Origin: the human T2T-CHM13v2.0 reference genome, Homo sapiens
Length of the DNA stretch: 64,000 bases
Strand: one strand, 5' to 3'
Assembly: GCF_009914755.1 (NCBI RefSeq)
Contig: NC_060925.1
The position numbers and the translations under genes were made by a program. Under the pieces are notes generated by a model, which was not told the origin of the DNA, ran no database searches, and saw only the letters and a list, made by a program, of their open reading frames with translations. This document shows, in pieces, positions 1 to 12,059 of the stretch (position 1 is the stretch's first letter; each line of letters starts with the position of its first letter).

Positions 1-64
1 GGAATAATCATCAAACGGAATCGAATGGAATCATCATCGGATGGAAATGAATAGAATCATCATC

Positions 65-1840
65 GAATGGAATCGAATAGAATTATGGAATGAAATCCAG
101 TGTGATCATCATCGAATGGACCCGAATGGAATCATCATCCAACGGAAGCTAATGGAATCAACATCGAATGAATCGAATGGAAACACCATCGAATTGAAAC
201 GAATGGAATTATCATGAAATTGAAATGGATGGACTCATCATGGAATGGATTCGAATGGAATCATCGAATAAAATTGATTGAAATCATCATCAAATGGAAT
301 CGAATGGTATCATTGAATGGAATCGAATGGAATCATCATCAGATGGAAATGAATGGAATCGTCATAGAATGGAATCGAATGGATTCATTGAGTGGAATCA
401 GATGGAATCATCGAATGGACTGGAATGGAATCACTGAATGGACTCGAAAGGGATCATCATTGAATGGAATTGAATGGAATCATGGAATGGTCTCGATTGG
501 AATCATTATCAAATGGAATCGAATGAAATCACCGAATAGAATCGAATGGAACAATCATCGAATGGACTCAAATGGAATTATCTTCAAATGGAATCGAATG
601 GAATTATCGAATGCAATCGAATGGAATTATCGAATGCAATCGAATAGAATCATCGAATGGACTCGAATGGAATCATCAAATGGAATGGAATGGAACAGTC
701 AATGAACTCGAATGGAATCATCATTGAATGGAATCGAATGGAATCATCGAGTGGAATCGAATGGAATTATGATCAAATGGAATCGAATGTAATCATCATC
801 AAATGGAATCAAAAATAACCATCATCAATTGGTATTGAATCGATTTGTCATCAAATGGAATTCAAAGGAATCATCATCAAATGGAACCGAATGGAATCCT
901 CATTGAATGGAAATGAAAGGGGTCATCATCTAATGGAATCGCATGGAATCATCATCAAATGGAATCGAATGCAATCTTCATCAAATGGAATCTAATGGAA
1001 TCATTGAACAGAATTGAATGGAATCGTCATCGAATGAATTGAATGCAATCATCGAATGGTCTCGAATGGAAACATCTTCTAATGGAAAGGAATGGAATCA
1101 TCGCATAGAATCGAATGGAATTAACATTGAATGGACTCGAATGGAATCCACATCAAACGGAATCAAGCGGAATTATCGAATGGAATCGAAGAGAATCATC
1201 CAATGGACTCGAATGGAATCATCTAATGGAATGGAATGGAATAATCCACGGACTCGAATGCTATCATCATCGTATAGAATCGAATGGAATCATCGAATGG
1301 ACTCGAATGGAATAATCATTGAACGGAATCAAATGGAATCATCATCGGATGGAAACGAATGGAATCATCATCGAATGGAAATGAAAAGAGTTATCATCTA
1401 ATGGAATTGCATGGAATCATCATAAAATGGAATCGAATGGAATCAACATCAAATGGAATCAAATGGAATCATTGAACGGAATTGAATGGAATCGTCATCG
1501 AATGAATTGAATGCAATCATCGAATGGTCTCGAAAGGAATCATCTTCAAATGGAATGGTATGGAATCCTCGCATAGAATCGAATGTAATTATCATCGAAT
1601 GGAATCGAATGAAATCAACAACAAACGGAAAAAAAAGGAATTATCGAATGGAATCGAAGAGAATCATCGAATGGACCCGAATGGAATGATCTAATGGAAT
1701 GGAATGGAATAATCCATGGACTCGAATGCAATCATCATCGAATGGAATCGAATCGAATCATCGAATGGACTCGAATGGAATAATCATTGAACGGAATCGC
1801 ATGGAGTCATCATCGGATGGAACTGAATGGAATCATCATC
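65..1840 (+). repeat. Example canonical 1776 bp unit: 840 bp core (65-904) plus two 468 bp modules (905-1372, 1373-1840)
   Basis: GAATGGAAATGAAA module starts are at 905 and 1373 (468 apart), and the next core start GAATGGAATCGAATAGAATTATGG is at 1841. Landmarks at 214 and 1990 are 1776 apart. Confidence 0.9.
858..863. other. Conserved once-per-core EcoRI site (GGAATTCAAAGG), example copy
   Basis: GAATTC occurs at the same position in most cores. This would release ~1.77 kb fragments like the classical pUC1.77 chromosome 1 satellite clone. Confidence 0.8.
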
Positions 1841-4800
1841 GAATGGAATCGAATAGAATTATGGAATGAAATCCAGTGTGATCAGCATCGAATGGACCCG
1901 AATGGAATCATCATCCAACGGAAGCTAATGGAATCAACATCGAATGAATCGAATGGAAACACCATCGAATTGAAACGAATGGAATTATCATGAAAGTGAT
2001 ATGGATGGACTCGTCATCGAATGGATTCGAATGGAATCATCGAATAAAATTGATTGAAATCATCATCAAGTGGAATCGAATGGTATCATTGAATGGAATC
2101 GAATGGAATCATCAGATGGAAATGAATTGAATCGTCATAGAATGGAATCGAATGGATTCATTGAATGGAATCAGATGGAATCATCGAATGGACTGGAATG
2201 GAATCATTGAATGGACTCGAAAGGGATCATTATTGAATGGAATTGAATGGAATCATCGAATGGTCTCGATTGGAATCATTATCAAATGGAATCGAATGGA
2301 ATCACCGAATAGAATCGAATGGAACAATCATCGAATGGACACAAATGGAATTATCCTCAAATGGAATCGAATGGAATTATCGAATGCAATCGAATGGAAT
2401 TATCGAATGCAATCGAATAGAATCATCGAATAGATTCGAATGGAATCATCGAATGGAATGGAATGGAACAGTCAATGAACTCGAATGGAATCATCATTGA
2501 ATGGAATCGAATGGAATCATCGAGTGGAATCGAATGGAATTTTGATCAAAAGGAATCGAATGTAATCATCATCAAATGGAATCAAAAATAACAATCATCA
2601 ATTGGTATTGAATGGAATTGTCATCAAATGGAATTCAAAGGAATCATCATCAAATGGAACCGAATGGAATCCTCATTGAATGGAAATGAAAGGGGTCATC
2701 ATCTAATGGAATCACATGGAATCATCATCAAATGGAATCGAAAGGAATCATCATCAAATGGAATCTAATGGAATCATTGAACAGAATTGAATGGAATCGT
2801 CATCGAATGAATTGAATACAATCATCGAATGGTCTCGAATGGAATCATCTTCTAATGGAAAGGAATGGAATCATCGCATAGAATCGAATGGAATTAACAT
2901 TGAATGGACTCGAATGGAATCAACATCTAACGGAATCAAGCGGAATTATCGAATGTAATCGAAGAGAACCATCGAATGGACTCGAATGGAATCATCTAAT
3001 GGAATGGAATGGAATAATCCACGGACTCGAATGCAATCATCATCGTATAGAATCGAATGGAATCATTGAATGGACTCGAATGGAATCATCATTGAACGGA
3101 ATCGAATGGAATCATCATCGGATGGAAACGAATGGAATTATCATCGAATGGAAATGAAAGGAGTCATCATCTAATGGAATCGCATGGAATCATCATAAAA
3201 TGGAATTGAATGGAATCAACATCAAATGGAATCAAATGGAATCATTGAACAGAATTGAATGGAATCGTCATCGTATGAATTGAATGCAATCATCGAATGG
3301 TCTCGAATGGAATCATCTTCAAATGGAATGGAATGGAATCATCGCATAGAATCGAATGGAATTATCATCGAATGGAATCGAAAGGTATCAACATCAAACG
3401 GAAAAAAACGGAATTATCGAATGGAATCGAAGAGAATCATCGAACGGACCCGAATGGAATCATCTAATGGAAAGGAATGGAATAATCCATGGACTGGAAT
3501 CCAATCATCATCGAATGGAATCGAATGGAATCATTGAAAGGACTCTAATGGAATAATCATTGAACGGAATCGAATGGAATCATCATCGAATGGAAACTAA
3601 TGGAATCATCATCGAATGGAAATGAAAGGAGTCATCTAATGGAATTGCACGGAATCAACATAAAATGGAATCGAATGGAATCAACATCAAATGGAATGAA
3701 ATGGAATCATTGAACGGAATTGAATGGAATCTTCATCGAATGAATTGAATGCAATCATCGAATGGTCTCGAATGGAATCATCGAATGGAATGGAATGGAA
3801 CAGTCAATGAACTCGAATGGAATCATCATTGAATGGAATCGAATGGAATCATCGAGTGGAATCGAATGTAATCATCATCAAATGGAATCAAAAATAACCA
3901 TCATCAAATGGAATCAAAAATAACCATCATCAATTGGTATTGAATGGAATTCTCATCAAATGGAATTCAAAGGAATCATCATCAAATGGAACCGAATGGA
4001 ATCCTCATTGAATGGAAATGAAAGGGGTCATCATCTAATGGAAGCGCATGGAATCATCATCAAATGGAATCGAATGGAATCAACATCAAATGGAATCAAA
4101 TGGAATCATTGAACGGAATTGAATGGAATCGTCATCGAATGAATTGAATGCAATCATCGAATGGTCTCGAATGGAATCATCTTCAAATGGAATGGAATGG
4201 AATCATCGCATAGAATCGAATGGAATTTTCATCGAATGGAATCGAATGGAATCAACATCAAACGGAAAAAAACGGAATTATCGAATGGAATCGAAGAGAA
4301 TCACCGAATGGACCCGAATGGAATCATCTAATGGAATGGAATGGAATAATCCATGGACTCGAATGCAATCATCATCGAATGGAATCGAATGGAATCATCG
4401 AATGGACTCGAATGCAATAATCATTGAACGGAATCGAATGGAATCATCATCGGATGGAAACGAATGGAATCATCATCGGATGGGAATGAAAGGAGTCATC
4501 ATCTAATGGAATTGCATGGAATCATCATCAAATGGAATCGAATGGAATCAACATCAAATGGAATCAAATGGAATCATTGAACGGAATTGAATGGAATCGT
4601 CATCGAATGAATTGAATGCAATCATCGAATGGTCTCGAATGGAATCATCTTCAAATGGAATGGAATGGAATCATCGCATAGAATCGAATGGAATTCTCAT
4701 CGAATGGAGTCGAATGGAATCAACATCAAACGGAAAAAAACGGAATTATCGAATGGAATCGAAGAGAATCATCGAATGGGCCCGAATGGAATCATCTAAT

Positions 4801-7800
4801 GGAATGGAATGGAATAATCCATGGACTCGAATGCAATCATCATCGAATGGAATCGAATGGAATCATCGAATGGACTCGAATGGAATAATCATTGAACGGA
4901 ATCGAATGGAATCATCATCGGATGGAAATGAATGGAATCATCATCGAATGGAATCGAATAGAATTATGGAATGAAATCCAGTGTGATCATCATCGAATGG
5001 ACCCGAATGGAATCATCATCCAACGGAAGCTAATGGAATCAACATCGAATGAATCCAATGGAAACACCATCGAATTGAAACGAATGGAATTACCATGAAA
5101 TTGAAATGGATGGACTCATCATCAAATGGATTCGAGTGGAATCATCGAATAAAATTGATTGAAATCATCATCGAATGGAATCGAATGGTATCATTGAATG
5201 GAATCGAATGGAATCATCATTAGATGGAAATGAAAGGAATCGTCTTAGAATGGAATCGAATGGATTCATTGAATGGAATCAGATGGAATCCTTGAATGGA
5301 CTGGAATGGAATCATTGAATGGACTCGAAAGGGATCATTATTGAATGGAATTGAATGGAATCATCGAATGGTCTCGATTGGAATCATTATCAAATGGAAT
5401 CGAATGGTATCACCGAATAGAATCTAATGGAACAATCATCGAATGGACTCAAATGGAATTATCCTCAAATGGAATTGAATGGAATTATCGAATGCAATCG
5501 AATGGAATTATCGAATGCAATCGAATAGAATCATCGAATGGACTCGAATGGAATCATCGAATGGAATGGAATGGAACAGTCAATGAACTCGAATGGAATC
5601 ATCATTGAATGGAATCGAATGGAATCATCGAGTGGAATCGAATGTAATCATCATCAAATGGAATCAAAAATAACCATCATCAAATGGAATCAAAAATAAC
5701 CATCATCAATTGGTATTGAATGGAATTCTCATCAAATGGAATTCAAAGGAATCATCATCAAATGGAACCGAATGGAATCCTCATTGAATGGAAATGAAAG
5801 GGGTCATCATCTAATGGAATCGCAAGGAATCATCATCAAATGGAATCGAAAGGAATCATCATCAAATGGAATCTGATGGAATCATTGAACAGAATTGAAT
5901 GGAATCGTCATCGAATGAATTGAATGCACTCATCGAATGGTCTCGAATGGAATCATCTTCTAATGGAAAGGAATGGAATCACCGCATAAAATCGAATGGA
6001 ATTAACATTGAATGGACTCGAATGGAATCAACATCAAACGGAATCAAGCCGAATTATCGAATGGAATCGAAGAGAATCATAGAATGGACTCGAGTGGAAT
6101 CATCTAATGGAATGGAATGGAATAATCCACGGACCCGAATGCAATCATCATCGAATGGAATCGAATGGAATCATCGAATGGACTCGAGTGGAGTAAACAT
6201 TGAACGGAATCGAATGGAATCATCATCGGATGGAAACGAATGGAATCATCATCGAATGGAAATGAAAGGAATCATCATCTAATGGAATTGCATGGAATCA
6301 TCATCAAATGGAATCGAATGGAATCAACATCAAATGGAATCAAATGGAATCATTGAACGGAATTGAATGGAATCGTCATCGAATGAATTGAATGCAATCA
6401 TCGAATGGTCTCGAATGGAATCATCTTCAAATGGAATGGAAAGGAATCATCGCATAGAATCGAATGGAATTATCATCGAATGGAATCGAATCGTATCAAC
6501 ATCAAACGGAAAAAAACGGAATTATCGAATGGAATCGAAGAGAATCTTCGAACGGACCCGAATGGAATCATCTAATGGAATGGAATGGAACAATCCATGG
6601 ACTGGAAGGCAAACATCATTGAACGGAATCGAATGGAATCATCATCGGATGGACACGACTGGAGTCATCATCGAATGGAAATGAAAGGAGTCATCATCTA
6701 ATGGAATTGCATGGAATCATCATTAAATGGAATCAAATGGAATCAACATCAAATGGAATCAAATGGAATCATTGAACGGAATTGAATGGAATCGTCATCG
6801 AATGAATTGAATGCAATCATCGAATGGTCTCGAATGGAATCATCTTCAAATGGAATGGAATGGAATCATCGCATAAAATCTAATGGAATTATCATCGAAT
6901 GGAATCGAATGGAATCAACATCAAACGGAAAAAAACGGAATTATCGAATGGAATCGAATAGAATCATCGAATGGACCCGAATGGAATCATCTAATGGAAT
7001 GGAATGGAATAATCCATGGACTCGAATGCAATCATCATCGAATGGAATCGAATGGAATCATCCAATGGACTCGAATGGAATAATCATTGAACGGAATCGA
7101 ATGGAATCATCATCGGATGGAAATGAATGGAATCATCATCGAATGGAATCGAATAGAATTATGGAATGAAATCCAGTGTGATCATCATCGAATGGACCCG
7201 AATTGAATCATCATCCAACGGATGCTAATGGAATCAACATCGAATGAATCGAATGGAAACACCATCGAATTGAAACGAATGGAATTACAATGAAATTGAA
7301 ATGGATGGACTCATCATCGAATGGATTCGAATGGAATCATCGAATAAAATTGATTGAAATCATCATCGAATGGAATCGAATGGTATCATTGAATGGAATC
7401 GAATGGAATCATCATCAGATGGAAATGAATGGAATCGTCATAGAATGGAATCGAATGGATTCATTGAATGGAATCAGATGGAATCATCGAATGGACTGGA
7501 AAGGAATCATTGAATGGACTCGAAAGAGATCATTATTGAATGGAATTGAATGGAATCATCGAATCGTCTCGATTGGAATCATTATCAAATGGAATCGAAT
7601 GGAATCACCGAATAGAATCGAATGGAACAATCATCGAATGGACTCAAATTGAATTATCCTCAAATGGAATCGAATGGAATTAACGAATGCAATCGAATGG
7701 AAATATCGAATGCAATCGAATAGAATCATCGAATGGACTCGAATGGAATCATCGAATGGAATGGAATGGAACAGTCAATGAAGTCGAATGGAATCATCAT

Positions 7801-7980
7801 TGAATGGAATCGAATGGAATCATCGAGTGGAATCGAATGGAATTATGATCAAATGGAATCGAATGTAATCATCATCAAATGGAATCAAAAATAACCATCA
7901 TCAATTGGTATTGAATGGAATTGTCATCAAATGGAATTCAAAGGAAACATCATCAAATGGAACCGAATGGAATCCTCATT

Positions 7981-9384
7981 GAATGGAAATGAAAGGGGTC
8001 ATCATCTAATGGAATCGCATGGAATCATCATCAAATGGAATCGAATGGAATCATCATCAAATGGAATCTAATGGAATCATTGAACAGAATTGAATGGAAT
8101 CGTCATCGAATGAATTGAATGCAATCATCGAATGGTCTCGAATGGAATCATCTTCTAATGGAAAGGAACGGAATCATCTCATAGAATCGAATGGAATTAT
8201 CATCGAATGGAATCGAATGGTATCAACACCAAACGGAAAAAAACGGAATTATCGAATGGAATCGAAGAGAATCTTCGAACGGACCCGAATGGAATCATCT
8301 AATGGAATGGAATGGAATAATCCATGGACTCGAATGCAATCATCATCGAATGGAATCGAATGGAATCATCGAATGGACTCGAATGGAATAATCATTGAAC
8401 GGAATCGAATGGAATCATCATCGGATGGAAACGAATGGAATCATCATCGAATGGAAATGAAAGCAGTCATCATCTAATGGAATTGCATGGAATCATCATA
8501 AAATGGAATCGAATGGAATCAACATCAAATGGAATCAAATGGAATCATTGAACGGAATTGAATGGAATCGTCATCGAATGAATTGAATGCAATCATCGAA
8601 TGGTCTCGAATGGAATCATCTTCAAATGGAAGGGAATGGAATCATCGCATAGAATCGAATGGAATTATCATCGAATGGAATCGAATGGAATCAACATCAA
8701 ACGGAAAAAAACGGAATTATCGAATGGAATCGAAGAGAATCATCGAACGGACCCGAATGGAATCATCTAATGGAATGGAATGGAATAATCCATGGACTCG
8801 AATGCAATCATCATCGAATGGAATCGAATGGAATCATCGAATGGACTCGAATGGAATAATCATTGAACGGAATCGAATGGAATCATCATCGGATGGAAAC
8901 GAATGGAATCATCATCGAATGGAAATGAAAGGAGTCATCATCTAATGGAATTGCATGGAATCATCATAAAATGGAATCGAATGGAATCAACATCAAATGG
9001 AATCAAATGGAATCATTGAACGGAATTGAATGGAATCGTCATCGAATGAATTGACTGCAATCATCGAATGGTCTCGAATGGAATCATCTTCAAATGGAAT
9101 GGAATGGAATCATCGCATAGAATCGAATGGAATTATCATCGAATGGAATCGAATGGAATCAACATCAAACGGAAAAAAACGGAATTATCGAATGGAATCG
9201 AAGAGAATCATCGAATGGACCCGAATGGAATCATCTAATGGAATGGAATGGAATAATCCATGGACTCGAATGGAATCATCATCGAATGGAATCGAATGGA
9301 ATCATCGAATGGACTCGAATGGAATAATCATTGAACGGAATCGAATGGAATCGTCATCGGATGGAAATGAATGGAATCATCATC
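7981..9384 (+). repeat. Run of three 468 bp modules (2244 bp unit)
   Basis: Module landmarks are at 8094, 8562 and 9030. Core landmarks 7290 to 9534 are 2244 apart. Confidence 0.9.
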
Positions 9385-10214
9385 GAATGGAATCGAATAG
9401 AATTATGGAATGACATCCAGTGTGATCATCATCGAATGGACCCGAATGGAATCATCATCCAACGGAAGCTAATGGAATCAACATCGAATGAATCGAATGG
9501 AAACACCATCGAATTGAAACGAATGGAATTACCATGAAATTGAAATGGATGGACTCATCATCGAATGGATTCGAATGGAATCATCGAATAAAATTGATTG
9601 AAATCATCATCGAATGGTATCGAATGGTATCATTGAATGGAATCGAATGGAATCATCATCAGATGGAAATGAATGGAATCGTCATAGAATGGAATCGAAT
9701 GGATTCATTGAATGGAATCAGATGGAATCATCGAATGGACTGGAATGGAATCAGTGAATGGACTCGAAAGGGATCATTATTGAATGGAATTGAATGGAAT
9801 CATCGAATGGTCTCGATTGGAATCATTATCAAATGGAATCGAATGGAATCACAGTATAGAATCGAATGGAACTATCATCGAATGGACTCAAATGGAATTA
9901 TCCTCAAATAGAATCGAATGGAATTATCGAATGCAATCGAATGGAATTATCGAATGCAATCGAATAGAATCATCAAATGGACTCGAATGGAATCATCGAA
10001 TGGAATGGAATGGAACAGTCAATAAACTCGAATGGAATCATCATTGAATGGAATCATCGAGTGGAATCGAAAGGAATTATGATCAAATGGAATCGAACGT
10101 AATCATCATCAAATGGAATCAAAAATAACCATCATCAATTGGTATTGAATGGAATTGTCATCAAATGGAATTCAAAGGAATCATCATCAAATGGAACCGA
10201 ATGGAATCCTCATT

Positions 10215-12059
10215 GAATGGAAATGAAAGGGGTCATCATCTAATGGAATCGCATGGAATCATCATCAAATGGAATCGAATGGAATCATCATCAAATGGAA
10301 TCTAATGGAATCATTGAAAAGAATTGAATGGAATCGTCATCGAATGAATTTAATGCAATCATCGAATGGTCTCGAATGGAATCATCTTCTAATGGAAAGG
10401 ACTGGAATCATCGCATAGAATCGAATGGAATTATCATCGAATGGAATCGAATGGTATCAACACCAAACGGAAAAAAACGGAATTATCGAATGGAATCGAA
10501 GAGAATCTTCGAACGGACCCGAATGGAATCATCTAATGGAATGGAATGGAATAATCCATGGACACGAATGCAATCATCATCGAATGGAATCGAATGGAAT
10601 CATCGAATGGACTCGAATGGAATAATCATTGAACGGAATCGAATGGAATCATCATCGGATGGAAACGAATGGAATCATCATCGAATGGAAATGAAAGGAG
10701 TCATCATCTAATGGAATTGCATGGAATCATCATCAAATGGAATCGAATGGAATCATCATCAAATGGAATCTAATGGAATCATTGAAAGAATTGAATGGAA
10801 TCATCATCGAATGAATTGAATGCAATCATCGAATGGTCTCGAATGGAATCATCTTCTAATGGAAAGGAATGGAATCATCGCATAGAATCGAATGGAATTA
10901 TCATCGAATGGAATCGAATGGTATCAACACCAAACGGAAAAAAACGGAATTATCGAATGGAATCGAAGAGAATCTTCGAACGGACCCGAATGGAATCATC
11001 TAATGGAATGGAATGGAATAATCCATGGACTCGAATGCAATCATCATCGAATGGAATCGAATGGAATCATCGAATGGACTCGAATGGAATAATCATTGAA
11101 CGGAATCGAATGGAATCATCATCGGATGGAAATGAAAGGAGTCATCATCTAATGGAATTGCATGGAATCATCATAAAATGGAATCGAATGGAATCAACAT
11201 CAAATGGAATCAAATGGAATCATTGAACGGAATTGAATGGAATCGTCATCGAATGAATTGAATGCAATCATCGAATGGTCTCGAATGGAATCATCTTCAA
11301 ATGGAATGGAATGGAATCATCGCATAGAATCGAATGGAATTATCATCGAATGGAATCGAATGGAATCAACATCAAACGGAAAAAAACGGAATTATCGAAT
11401 GGAATCGAAGAGAATCATCGAATGGACCCGAATGGAATCATCTAATGGAATGGAATGGAATAATCCATGGACTCGAAAGCAATCATCATCGAATGGAATC
11501 GAATGGAATCATCGAATGGACTCGAATGGAATAATCATTGAACGGAATCGAATGGAATCATCATCGGATGGAAACGAATGGAATCATCATCGAATGGAAA
11601 TGAAAGGAGTCATCATCTAATGGAATTGCATGGAATCATCATAAAATGGAATCGAATGGAATCAACATCAAATGGAATCAAATGGAATCATTGAACGGAA
11701 TTGAATGGAATCGTCATCGAATGAATTGAATGCAATCATCGAATGGTCTCGAATGGAATCTTCTTCAAATGGAATGGAATGGAATCATCGCATAGAATCG
11801 AATGGAATTATCATCGAATGGAATCGAATGGTATCAACATCAAACGGAAAAAAAAGGAATTATCGAATGGAATCGAAGAGAATCTTCGAACGGACCCGAA
11901 TGGAATCATCTAATGGAATGGAATGGAATAATCCATGGACTCGAATGCAATCATCATCGAATGGAATCGAATGGAATCATTGAAAGGACTCGAATGGAAT
12001 AATCATTGAACGGAATCGAATGGAATCATCATGGGATGGAAATGAATGGAATCATCATC
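10215..12059 (+). repeat. Run of four modules (467, 442, 468, 468 bp; 2675 bp unit)
   Basis: Module landmarks are at 10328, 10795, 11237 and 11705. Core landmarks 9534 to 12209 are 2675 apart. Confidence 0.88.

Noticed and set aside
266-290. ATAAAATTGATTGAAATCA in each core as a possible DUX4/homeodomain site or poly(A) signal
   Set aside because: It does not match the DUX4 consensus TAAYYYAATCA cleanly, and an AATAAA hexamer in AT-rich repeat DNA is not evidence of function without binding or transcript data.
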